Part shown: positions 48,809-58,038 of the stretch, in pieces
Layout: every line of letters starts with the position of its first letter
Numbering within the stretch: the first letter of the stretch is position 1
Virus record (IMG/VR): IMGVR_UViG_2599185230_000001
Location: 44,395-108,394 of that record
Source: a virus
Lineage: Duplodnaviria; Caudoviricetes
Length of the DNA stretch: 64,000 nt
Direction: 5' to 3' (one strand)
Program-made: the position numbers and the translations under genes
The notes under the pieces: model-generated
What the model was told of the DNA's origin: nothing
The model's database searches: none
Seen by the model: the letters and a program-made list of their open reading frames with translations, nothing else

Positions 48809-51343
48809 TTATAGTACCCCCTTCGCACGTTGGCTCCGCTTGGTCAGTCTGTAAAGTTCTGCGGCTATGCGTTCTATGTCGGCTTCTTCACGTACTACCA
48901 TTTGCTGCACGTTAATGTTGACGCCGCCACCTCCGCCAGCTTGTTGCATTTGGTTGGCGATTTCCGCAGCAAAAGGCCGCATACGGTTTCCCTGTAATGG
49001 TATGGCAGCTTCCGGGCCAGCCTCACCTATGATAATGTTTGAAGCACCTGTGAAAATACCGCCATTTGCGTACCCTGGGGGGTTGCCGTTATTTTTGCTA
49101 CTTCCGCCGCTTACAGTACCTTTGGCGGCACTTGCCGAACTTCGGGCGGCGTCTGCGGCTTTGGATGCTGCCTTGCTTGCCAGGCTTTTAGCTTTGTCGT
49201 AGGCATCCTGGGCTTTCTGTAACACATTTTTAATAGTATCCAGAACACTATTTAAGGCCGATTTCATACTATCAACGGCATTGGTAACGGTAGACTTGGC
49301 ACTATTTATGGCATCGGAAATGGTGGTTTTAATGCTGTTCCACGCGTTTGAAACGTCTGTTTTAATAGCCGTCCAGGTGCTTGAAAGAAAAGACTTAACG
49401 CTATTCCACACACTGGTTGTATTGGACTGGATATTACTCCACGCCGTTTGTATAAGCTGTTTAATAGCGTCTATGGTCGTTTGGATGAGCTGTTTAATGC
49501 TGTTCCATGTTGTTTGCAGGAAAGATTTAATAGTGTTGTAAACTTGTTCTGTATTGGACTTAATAGCGTTCCAGGCATTTTGGATCAATGCTTTTAGGTT
49601 GTTCAGGGTTGTGTCCGTTAACTGTTTAATGCTATTCCAGGTTGATTGCAAGAAGGACTTGATAGCGTTCCACACGGTTTCCGTTGTGGACTTAATCGCG
49701 TTCCAGGCTGTTTCCACCGTGCTTTTAGTCCAGTTCAGATCGTTTTGGAACATTTGTTTTATAAAGTCCCATATTGATTGCAACATGGTCTTAATACCGT
49801 TCCACACGGTGTCCGTGACACTTTTGACAGCGTCCCAGCCGTTTTGCACTACATTTTTGACACTTTCAGCAGAAGTGTTGGTAACGTCCGATATCGCTTT
49901 CCATGCTGTTTGTATGGAGCTTTTTATAGCTTCCCAGCCGGTTTCAGTAAAAGCCTTCGTATCATCCCAGGCTTTTGAAACAGTATCCTTTATGGCGTCC
50001 CAGGTTTCGCCTGCTTTATTTTCAAGTTCAGCCCAGGATTTCTTTAAAAACGCGGCTATTTCGTCGGACTTTGCGTATAAGGTGCCCAGTACCATAATTA
50101 AGGCCGTTACCCCTGCAGCGATTCCCGCCATGGGCAAGGTCACGGCGGTAAAGGCCGTCACCAGAAGTCCCATAACTACCAAAACAGGGCCGATTGCGAC
50201 GGCGAGTGCGGCCACTATAGCAATGACGGTTTTTACTTCCGGTGAAAAGCCGCTAAAAGTGCGGGTTAGTTTTAATACAAGTTCTGTAACGGTTTCTATA
50301 GCGGGCCTCATTACGTCGTAGAAGGAAAGCATTAACCCTTCCACGGCGGAGGATAGTTCAATAAAGCCGCCTTTGGTGTTGTTGGTTATGGTGTCGGCCA
50401 TTTTCTTGGCCGCCCCGTCGGAGTTTTCCAGTTCCTTTGTAAATTGTTCCAGGCCGTCTCCACCTTGCTGAAGAAGTGCCAAAAGTCCAGGGCCAGCCTC
50501 AATACCCACCAGTTCCATAGCGGTGGCAGTATCTATGCCCGCCCCTTTCAGCGTGGTTAATATTTCGGCCAGGGAATGGGTCTGCGGGTTCACGTCGTCA
50601 AAGGTCAGGCCCATTTTAGCTAAGGCGTCAGTTGTCCTTGTGGTTGGGTTCAATAGCTGGGAGATGATACCCCGAAGGGCCGTGCCAGCTTTTTCACCCT
50701 TAATGCCCGCATTACTTAAAAGCCCGATTGCAGCGGACATTTCCTCCACAGACATTCCAGCAGCGGAAGCAATAGGTGCTATATATGAAAAGGCCAGCCC
50801 CAGCCCTTGAATGTCGGTGTTAGATGCGGCGGCGGACTTGGCCAGCACGTCGGCAACGTGGGCCGTTTTGTCGGCGGACATTCCAAAACCTGAAAGGATA
50901 TTGGAAGCAATGTCAGCGGCGGTTCCCAGGTCAACGGCCCCTGCCGCCGCCATGCTTAAAAGTCCAGGCATAGCCTTCATAATGTCGTTTGTGGTGTAAC
51001 CGGCTTGTCCTAAAAAGGTCATGGCTTCGGCGGCTTGCGTGGCACTAAATTGGGTTGTTGAGCCGAGGTCTTTTGCTTGGGCGGTTAGTTTATCCATTTC
51101 CCCGCCCGTGGCCCCCGTAACGGCTTGCACTTTTGACATGGTGGCGTCAAAGTTACTGCCTACGGCCACAACAGCCGTGCCCAGGGCTGTAAGGGGGGTC
51201 GTTACGGCCAGCGACAAGGTTTTACCTATACTTGTTAATTTGGTGCCCACGTCAGATACGCTTTGCTGAGCCGAGTTCAGTTGTCGCTGTAAGTCGCTGA
51301 TGTCTGCGGTAAAACGTACTAATACACTGCTTAACGCACTCAA
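48809..51343 (-). CDS. Tape measure protein (TP901 family)
   Basis: FDATMSKVQAVTGA, TQFSATQAAEA, W-spaced 11-aa repeats; TTG start at 51343. Confidence 0.93.
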   Translation of the reverse strand: MSALSSVLVRFTADISDLQRQLNSAQQSVSDVGTKLTSIGKTLSLAVTTPLTALGTAVVAVGSNFDATMSKVQAVTGATGGEMDKLTAQAKDLGSTTQFSATQAAEAMTFLGQAGYTTNDIMKAMPGLLSMAAAGAVDLGTAADIASNILSGFGMSADKTAHVADVLAKSAAASNTDIQGLGLAFSYIAPIASAAGMSVEEMSAAIGLLSNAGIKGEKAGTALRGIISQLLNPTTRTTDALAKMGLTFDDVNPQTHSLAEILTTLKGAGIDTATAMELVGIEAGPGLLALLQQGGDGLEQFTKELENSDGAAKKMADTITNNTKGGFIELSSAVEGLMLSFYDVMRPAIETVTELVLKLTRTFSGFSPEVKTVIAIVAALAVAIGPVLVVMGLLVTAFTAVTLPMAGIAAGVTALIMVLGTLYAKSDEIAAFLKKSWAELENKAGETWDAIKDTVSKAWDDTKAFTETGWEAIKSSIQTAWKAISDVTNTSAESVKNVVQNGWDAVKSVTDTVWNGIKTMLQSIWDFIKQMFQNDLNWTKSTVETAWNAIKSTTETVWNAIKSFLQSTWNSIKQLTDTTLNNLKALIQNAWNAIKSNTEQVYNTIKSFLQTTWNSIKQLIQTTIDAIKQLIQTAWSNIQSNTTSVWNSVKSFLSSTWTAIKTDVSNAWNSIKTTISDAINSAKSTVTNAVDSMKSALNSVLDTIKNVLQKAQDAYDKAKSLASKAASKAADAARSSASAAKGTVSGGSSKNNGNPPGYANGGIFTGASNIIIGEAGPEAAIPLQGNRMRPFAAEIANQMQQAGGGGGVNINVQQMVVREEADIERIAAELYRLTKRSQRAKGVL

Positions 51344-51430
51344 AAAACACCCACCTTTCTTGGGGCAATAAAAAAAGGGCCGCCATTCGCTACCCACCAT
51401 CGGAATAGCAAATAGCGGCCCCTTTTGCCT

Positions 51431-52043
51431 CTATGCTTTGTTGAATTTCTTCAACAGTTCTTGGAATTGTATGTCCCGTTCTTCACTGGTAATAGGTTTT
51501 GCGGCGGCGGTCTGTGTTTTGCCTAAAAGTTTTTCAGGCGTAATTAATGTTCTATAATTTCCGGTAGCGTTCATAAGGTTGGCCGCCAGCCATGCAGTTC
51601 GGTGATATGTTGCTTCTTCGGTTTGGTGTTTGAATTCGGTGTAAGCCTCTAACATTTCGGCAAATTCGGTTATGGTTAATTCCCAAAATTCTGCGGGTTT
51701 TAACTGTAACGGGCCGAAGGCCAGCATTTTAAGTTCGCCCCAGCCCGCTTCCATTAGTTTTTTCTTGTTGCCATTTGGAAGGCTTCGGCCAGTTTTGCCT
51801 GGACATATTCAAAGTTACCGAAGTCCACCAATTCGCCCACTTCTTCTTCCGTTAAGCCCTCATGGATAAGGCCCGCCCAGAGCATTACCCGAACGGCTTT
51901 CATAGACATTTGAATGTTCCCCAGTTCGGCCAGGGGCACGCCCAGGCGGTCTTCGATTTCAGCTAGAGAATTTAAAGTGTAACGCATGGTGTAGGTCATG
52001 TCGCCCAGTTCCAGTTCAATCATATGTCTTTGTGTGTTTGCCA
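51431..52043 (-). CDS. Tail assembly chaperones G (51754-52043) and G-T via -1 frameshift
   Basis: Slippery A-AAA-AAC at 51757-51763 just before the stop; the -1 frame continues LMEAGWGELK..FWELT. Confidence 0.8.
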
Positions 52044-52124
52044 TTTTAATAAGTACCCCCAAAAGGTTTTTTAGAAGTGTCATTTTTTCCGGTCAGTTGT
52101 CTATCTAATTAAAAGTGTCATTTT

Positions 52125-52544
52125 TTAAGCGGCAGGTACTACGGTTAAAGCCCCGGTGCCGGTAAATGAAAGCTTGTAGGTTGCGGCGTCTTCTTGCGGA
52201 AATTCAGCAGGGAAGTCGGAAATGATACACTCACCGGTGTATTTCTTGCCGCTGGGCATACGAATTTCAGCTAAAACGGTTTGACGGCTTGCCCAGATAG
52301 TTTCCATTTGGTCAAGGGCAGCGTCAGAAGCCATAAGGTAGCCTTCACATTCCAAGCCCCAGCTGTTGATACCCGCCAGGTTTGCGGCCCAGCCGCCGTC
52401 GTCCTTGGAAGTGGCGTTTACAATGTTGGTGCTTCTGTTTAAGGTGGCGTTGCTTTGTCCGCCTAATACGGTCAGGTCGGTATCGGTCGGGCCGGTTTTA
52501 ACGTAAATAAGCACGTCAACGCCAGCAATTTTTGTTCCTGCCAT
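52125..52544 (-). CDS. Major tail protein (TP901-1 type)
   Basis: IAGVDVLIYV, GGQSNATLNRS, TSKD..GW, SFTGTGAL. Confidence 0.88.
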   Translation of the reverse strand: MAGTKIAGVDVLIYVKTGPTDTDLTVLGGQSNATLNRSTNIVNATSKDDGGWAANLAGINSWGLECEGYLMASDAALDQMETIWASRQTVLAEIRMPSGKKYTGECIISDFPAEFPQEDAATYKLSFTGTGALTVVPAA

Positions 52545-52583
52545 TTGTTGTTTTCCTCCTTATCAAAATAAAAAAGAGGCCGT

Positions 52584-52946
52584 TTAAGCCTCACATAGGG
52601 TTCTAAAGTTGATTGAATAAAGGTGCCGCCCGTTTTCGTCCGTACCGATATACAGCGGCGTACTTTGGGCGGCGGTACAAAAAATAACGTGGGTTGTGCC
52701 CACGTCAAAGTCTCGCTTTTGGTGCATAAAGTTATATATTTCCCACGCCTTAGCTTCCCCTTCCCCTGGGTGCGTGGCCCTTAGAAGTACCTGGAAAGCG
52801 GGGCGGGTAATTTGGCTGTTACTTGCGGCCCCGCCTGTCAGGGATACCGTTGCACAGTCAGGGGCGGCGGTTGCAGGGATGGTGTTGGGGTAAAATGTAA
52901 AATTCAGCCCTTGCTTAATGACACTTATAAGGTCTAATACCCGCAC
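52584..52946 (-). CDS. Tail terminator/minor capsid-type protein
   Basis: PAFQVLLR, IGTDENGRHLYSINF. Confidence 0.75.
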   Translation of the reverse strand: MRVLDLISVIKQGLNFTFYPNTIPATAAPDCATVSLTGGAASNSQITRPAFQVLLRATHPGEGEAKAWEIYNFMHQKRDFDVGTTHVIFCTAAQSTPLYIGTDENGRHLYSINFRTLCEA

Positions 52947-52959
52947 GGTTCACCCCCCT

Positions 52960-53403
52960 TTATCCTGCCACAAGTCTTTGCAGTTCGGTTTCAATATGTT
53001 CTTTGTAGGCATCCTGTTCGCCTGTTAGCGGTCTTTCCAGGAATTTCGGCCCGACGTTGTAATGGTTTCCACTCATACCCGTTCCCCCAGGCTTGGCCTG
53101 TGAGCCAGGGCCTAAGTTGTAGGTGCCCTCATGCATTTTCATAGCGTAGTTATAATTGCCGCCGCTATAGCTTTCCCTTACAGCAAATTCCACGGTGCCT
53201 TCGGCCTTTGTTCCGCTTGCGTTGACTTGCTTTTCGTAGGACTGTTCAAGTATTCCCTTGTCATGCGGGGCACTTTCGGAAGCGGTGCGGGCCAGGTCGT
53301 CAATACAGTCCTGCACGGCCTGTTTTAATGCGTTTTCAAGCTCTCTTTCCAGGCCCGTTAGTCTGCCAAGATCAATCCTTACTTCTACGCTAATATTAGC
53401 CAT
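52960..53403 (-). CDS. HK97 gp10-like neck protein
   Basis: APHDKGIL, YAMKMHE, PKFLERP. Confidence 0.75.
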   Translation of the reverse strand: MANISVEVRIDLGRLTGLERELENALKQAVQDCIDDLARTASESAPHDKGILEQSYEKQVNASGTKAEGTVEFAVRESYSGGNYNYAMKMHEGTYNLGPGSQAKPGGTGMSGNHYNVGPKFLERPLTGEQDAYKEHIETELQRLVAG

Positions 53404-53721
53404 TTATACCGCCACCTTTGTAAATAGTGGCTTTCCGGTAAAGTCCCGAACGATAGCCACGGTTAATGGGTGAAGGCTGTATTGGTTGCCCGTTTCGTCT
53501 TTCCACTCTAATAGGTCGCTGTAGTTCACCGTTACAAGCCCGTTTAATAAAATGGTTGCACTTGTGACGGCTTCTTTGCCGTCTTGGGTTTTCACTAGTT
53601 GGCTGTGTTGGTCTATCCGACATTTAAGTGTCATTCCACGGCCTGGGCGGGGTTGGCCCCACTCATCCAGATCACCGCCTTTGGTGATTTTGACACTTTG
53701 ATTTAGAGGTATGAGGGCCAT
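53404..53721 (-). CDS. Head closure protein
   Basis: DEWGQP, CRID, position in the neck module. Confidence 0.7.
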   Translation of the reverse strand: MALIPLNQSVKITKGGDLDEWGQPRPGRGMTLKCRIDQHSQLVKTQDGKEAVTSATILLNGLVTVNYSDLLEWKDETGNQYSLHPLTVAIVRDFTGKPLFTKVAV

Positions 53722-54071
53722 TAAACAGCCCTCCCCACCCGGCGTCCTATGATTAGGACGGCCTGGGGTGCCACGGTCTGGGCTGCTTTATCTACCGCAA
53801 TTTGCACACCAGCCACGGAAATGATTTTCACACCCATTTCTGCTTTCCGTAGTGTATCGTCAATTCGTAAAAGCCATAAGGATTGTTCAAAAACGGCCTC
53901 ATCTGGTAGAGGCTTTTCAGCGTCGTTGAAGTTTCTATATATCCGGTAAAGTTGGGCTTTGGCGTTGGCAAGTGCCCGCTGTTTCTGGGTCGGGTCAGCC
54001 GCCACCCATTCGTCGTTGTGTAAAACTTGAGTGGCAAAATACGCCTCAGCATTGGCCACGGTTGCCGCCAT
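53721..54071 (-). CDS. Head-tail adaptor
   Basis: TVANAEAYF...KQRAL...AVFEQ. Confidence 0.7.
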   Translation of the reverse strand: MAATVANAEAYFATQVLHNDEWVAADPTQKQRALANAKAQLYRIYRNFNDAEKPLPDEAVFEQSLWLLRIDDTLRKAEMGVKIISVAGVQIAVDKAAQTVAPQAVLIIGRRVGRAV

Positions 54072-54313
54072 TTAAGCCACCTCACTTTTTTGTCGCTGTT
54101 AGGTTGTTATATGCAACGGATCAATTCAGTTGTTTAATATCAAAAGTTATACGTTTTTAAATTAAAGAAATTTATGCTTAAAAATTATGATTTAAAATTT
54201 GTGAACTTATAGAGGGAAAATTATTCTTCTGCAGTAATATGTTGTTAGAAGTTTTTAAGTTAATAATTTAGCTTTCTTTGGTAATAGCTAATACCAATTA
54301 TAAATAATGGAGT

Positions 54314-55327
54314 GTGCCAATGAGAATTTATTTACCTAATAACCTTGATCTCTCTAACGCATTAAGGTTCTGCAAAGAATTAAATACGCTTGTTAGTGAG
54401 TATACTGATTACCTATATGATTACAGTTTATTAAGTCTTGTAGAACCTTTTGGGATGTTATTAGTTGGTTCAGCAATGAGGAAGTTCATTAACAGTCACA
54501 CAAATTCAAATCACCAAGGCTGTAACTTTTCAGGCAAAAACTATGCAGCTCATATGGGGTTTTTTCAGAGTATATACTTGGATTATGGTAATAGACCTGG
54601 AGAGGCTAATGGAAATACAAGATATATACCAATAACAGAAATTAATACAAATGCCTTAAAAAAAGAAGCTATTGAAAATTTTGAACATGTAGGAGAAACT
54701 ATTGAAAAAAAATCTCAAGATCTGGCATTAGTGTTAGCAAGACAGGACTTTAATTTGACTGAATATCTAACATATTCAATAAGAGAACTTCTAAGGAATA
54801 TTGTTGAGCATAGTGAATCTAATAGCATATGGATTGCAGGACAATACTGGCCGTCAAGGGATTTAGTAGAAATTGCCATACTTGATGAAGGAGTTGGAAT
54901 TAGAAACAGCCTACGCAATAACCCGCACCTTGAAATCGATAGTGATGAATCCGCATTAATACTAGCTTTAGAACCAGGGATATCTGGTGTAGCTTTTGGA
55001 AAAAGAAAAAGACCAAACGACGTCTGGAGTAACACGGGATATGGCTTATATATGACAAGTCAGATTTGTCAACAAGGTGGTAGTTTTGTTATTTGTAGCG
55101 GCAGTAAAACACTGCTAATGAATAAGTTTACAAAAAAAATATTTGATACTAGCTTTAATGGTACAGCAATTAGGATGAGATTGATTGCATCTAGGATAGG
55201 CAATTTAAACACAGTATTGCAACATTTAGTTAATGAAGGAGAAAAGAAAGCTAGAGAAAATAAAACACATTCAGTTTTATCTGCTTCAAAGGCTTCTAAA
55301 TCTTTATTATCTAAAATAAAGCCTTAA
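54314..55327 (+). CDS. Low-GC moron: STAS-like region plus histidine-kinase-like (GHKL) ATPase
   Basis: ELLRNIVEHS (N box), ILDEGVGI (G1), NTGYGL (G2), GTAI; opposite strand to the prophage. Confidence 0.8.
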   Translation: MPMRIYLPNNLDLSNALRFCKELNTLVSEYTDYLYDYSLLSLVEPFGMLLVGSAMRKFINSHTNSNHQGCNFSGKNYAAHMGFFQSIYLDYGNRPGEANGNTRYIPITEINTNALKKEAIENFEHVGETIEKKSQDLALVLARQDFNLTEYLTYSIRELLRNIVEHSESNSIWIAGQYWPSRDLVEIAILDEGVGIRNSLRNNPHLEIDSDESALILALEPGISGVAFGKRKRPNDVWSNTGYGLYMTSQICQQGGSFVICSGSKTLLMNKFTKKIFDTSFNGTAIRMRLIASRIGNLNTVLQHLVNEGEKKARENKTHSVLSASKASKSLLSKIKP

Positions 55328-55400
55328 CTAAGTAGTGAAAAATAATAGTTTTTATATTTAGAAGCTGCGGACAAAACTAGCGTAACTTTGCTCCTGCTTT

Positions 55401-55427
55401 GGCGTGACGGAAATTTACCGTCACGCC
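55401..55427. terminator. Perfect 10-bp hairpin between the convergent capsid and moron genes
   Basis: ggcgtgacgg-aaattta-ccgtcacgcc. Confidence 0.65.
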
Positions 55428-55452
55428 TGTGTATTAATGTATCTTTTTTAAA

Positions 55453-56352
55453 TTAAATGGATTTAGTTACGCCCATTAACCGTGCAGCAGCCCTGGGATG
55501 AAAAACCGCCATGCCGCAATAAAATTCAATACGGGTTCTAAATACAGGCTTGGCATCAATTTCACCCAGGTCACGGACGTTAATCATGCCGTTGCGGAGG
55601 CCGGATACGTATTCTTCAGCCCCGAATTTTACGGCGTAAATGGAAGCGGTGTTGCTGGAAGCCCCTTCGGTGAAGCCAAGAATCTCATTACCGGAGGCGT
55701 CAGTTTCAACAATGCGAATGGGGATACCACCATAAGTGGAAACGGGGCGGCCAAAAGCATCAGAGCCATTTTCAATGTAGTGCTGGGAGCCTTGTAGGAC
55801 TTTCTTAACTTCCCGACGCATAGCTTTGGACATCAGCAGTACGTCCGGTTCGCCTTCAACGGCGTCAATCAGTTCGTCAATCATGGCCAGGGTCAGGTTA
55901 GCGTCACTTGCATCAATTATTTGCTTACCAGTTAACCGTTTTTCCAGTCCGTTGAATTCTTTGGTATTTGTGGAATTATCACCTTTGAAAAAAGACTTGG
56001 TGTAAGCCAGGGAAAGGGCTTTGGCTTTCATTCCGGTATGAATGGCCCTAATGTCCTGAAGGTTGCCACGAGTTGCTACAATAAATTTGTCCACATCAAC
56101 GTCGCCACCCAGGATGTATAAGCCCTCGGAAGCCTGGTTGATTACACCAACACTTTCGGTGTAGCCTTCGTTTTCGCCACGGAAAGCGATACCGGGCAGG
56201 GTTCCTTCCTGATTATATTTGTAAGCGTTACCGGCGATTTCTTGGAAGGGAAGCAGTTCGAAAATAACGGAATTGCGTGCAAAGGTTTCAATTACGCCTC
56301 TTTGCAGAACGTCATTGGATAGTTTAGAGGCTTCAAGTATAGTCAGGGCCAT
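55453..56352 (-). CDS. Major capsid protein
   Basis: MALTILEASKL, LPFQEIAGNAYKYNQE, ILGGDVDVD, EFNGLEKRL. Confidence 0.9.
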   Translation of the reverse strand: MALTILEASKLSNDVLQRGVIETFARNSVIFELLPFQEIAGNAYKYNQEGTLPGIAFRGENEGYTESVGVINQASEGLYILGGDVDVDKFIVATRGNLQDIRAIHTGMKAKALSLAYTKSFFKGDNSTNTKEFNGLEKRLTGKQIIDASDANLTLAMIDELIDAVEGEPDVLLMSKAMRREVKKVLQGSQHYIENGSDAFGRPVSTYGGIPIRIVETDASGNEILGFTEGASSNTASIYAVKFGAEEYVSGLRNGMINVRDLGEIDAKPVFRTRIEFYCGMAVFHPRAAARLMGVTKSI

Positions 56353-56434
56353 TATTTATTTCCTCCTCAAATTTCGTAATTACGTACATTGTGGGCAATA
56401 AAAAAAGCGTGGGGTTTCCACGCCTGTGAAGGTG

Positions 56435-57052
56435 TTACTTTTGGCCGTAAGCGGCTCTTAACAATTCCATTGGGGAGAGTTTATTTAGGTCAGCATTTTG
56501 GCTGCCCTGGGGGTTCGTCCTTTCACCCAGTGGGGTGTCCTTTTTAGTTGTTTTAAACAATCCTTTCTTTTCGGCATTGGCCAGCCATTCCAGCTTTTGT
56601 TCGGGGTTCATGTGCTGGGGCAGTAAGTCTTTGAATTCTTCGGGCACGTTTTCCAGCCGTGCTTCCAGAAGACTGTTTATTACCCCCTCAAGCTGAACCA
56701 CCCGTTCGGTAGCTTTGGAATAGGTTTCTTTGGTCTGGTTCAATTCATCCGAAGTGGTCTTATACAGTTCCTCGAATTTGCCTTGCTGTTCTTTGGCTTT
56801 CTTTTCCTGTTCAACCGCTTTTTTGTCCCTTTCGGTTTTTTCGGCTTTCAAGGTTTCAAGGTCTTTCATCAATTCTTTGTATTTACTGTTCACTTCATCA
56901 AAGCGGTGCTTGGGTATCATGTGTTCTTTATCCTGGTGGCCGCCTGAATTATCCCCGTCCTGGTTTTCCGTGTTTTTCGCCCCGTCAGGCGTAGGGTTTT
57001 GGGTGTTCAGGTTTTCGTTTGGGTTGGTGTTGTTAGTGTTCTGTTCAGACAT
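56435..57052 (-). CDS. Scaffold protein
   Basis: MIPKHRFDEVN, coiled coil, QGKFEELY. Confidence 0.85.
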   Translation of the reverse strand: MSEQNTNNTNPNENLNTQNPTPDGAKNTENQDGDNSGGHQDKEHMIPKHRFDEVNSKYKELMKDLETLKAEKTERDKKAVEQEKKAKEQQGKFEELYKTTSDELNQTKETYSKATERVVQLEGVINSLLEARLENVPEEFKDLLPQHMNPEQKLEWLANAEKKGLFKTTKKDTPLGERTNPQGSQNADLNKLSPMELLRAAYGQK

Positions 57053-57144
57053 TACTTAAATCCCCTTTCGAATTTCGCTTGTTTTCGTGGTTGCGTCCAC
57101 GGTGTTAGGGAGAATAAAAAAAGGCCCTTTTGGGGGCCAAAGTC

Positions 57145-58038
57145 TTACTGATCTAATTCAGTCATTTTTCTGTTGTGTTTATCTTTAAGGGCGGTGGGCA
57201 ACAGGTCAAAGTCCCTTAATGCGTGCACGGTGTGTTGACAATTCGGGTGAAATATTTTGCCGCTGTCCCTTAACTCGTTATAGGTTAAATAACTTGGGGT
57301 CAGGCCGTTCATGGAAATTACCATACCTTCATAACTCCGGCAAGCGTCTTTGGCCCCGTGGGATGATACCACAGCTAGGTCGAGGCCCCTTTCGGTAAGT
57401 TCCTCCCGTCGGCCTTCTACGTGGGCTTGCTGTAGCTTTGTTCTTACCACCATTTCCGCGTAAGTCGAAAGGTTCCAGCGGCGGCCCGCCTTGTCAACTA
57501 TACCTACCCAGGCTTCGCTTTCCAGCTTCTTGGAAAGGCCCGCTTTGGTCAGTTTGTCTATAATTTCGTTGCGGGTGGTACGGCGGCCCAGCTGCTCAAT
57601 TGCTTTCACCCTTAAAGTGTCCCCGACGACACTTCTTACAAGCTGTTTAACTTTTCTTTCTGTATTTTGGGTAGCCATTAAAAGGTCGTTGTAAGTGTCA
57701 TTGACGAGTGCCTCTACTTGTTGGCGGGCCAACAGGGAGAAAGACACCCCTGCTACCGCTTCCGCCAGTGTGCGGGCTTCCCCCAGTTCAACCAGGGCCG
57801 TCGCTTGGCCGTCACGGTAAGCATGGGCCACCACATCATCAGCCCATTGCCGGGTGTTGCCGTCCAGTTCTCGTAGTATAAATGCTATTTGATTAAGCAA
57901 AGAAACGGCTTGTGCCGCCTCAATGCCGTTGGTTATGCTTCCTAGCTGGTAAACTATTTTTTTAAAAGCGTCTTTGTAATACTTCACCAGTCGCCTTTCG
58001 TCCCGTTCGTAACTGGGCTGAGGAATAAAGCGTGGCAT
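57145..58038 (-). CDS. Minor capsid (head morphogenesis) protein
   Basis: DKAGRRWNLSTYAEMVVRT, SSHGA..C, FHPNCQH. Confidence 0.85.
   Translation of the reverse strand: MPRFIPQPSYERDERRLVKYYKDAFKKIVYQLGSITNGIEAAQAVSLLNQIAFILRELDGNTRQWADDVVAHAYRDGQATALVELGEARTLAEAVAGVSFSLLARQQVEALVNDTYNDLLMATQNTERKVKQLVRSVVGDTLRVKAIEQLGRRTTRNEIIDKLTKAGLSKKLESEAWVGIVDKAGRRWNLSTYAEMVVRTKLQQAHVEGRREELTERGLDLAVVSSHGAKDACRSYEGMVISMNGLTPSYLTYNELRDSGKIFHPNCQHTVHALRDFDLLPTALKDKHNRKMTELDQ

Noticed and set aside
49300-50050. Periodic DNA repeats in the tape measure gene
   Set aside because: Explained by ordinary 11-aa Trp-spaced TMP repeats.
51757-51763. Programmed -1 frameshift as a novelty
   Set aside because: Probably real, but it is the well-known tail chaperone G/G-T mechanism; listed as a feature only.
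54100-54155. GTTATAT/GTTATAC as an integron attC core bounding the moron
   Set aside because: No matching inverse core or attC hairpin was found after the gene, and no integron integrase is present.
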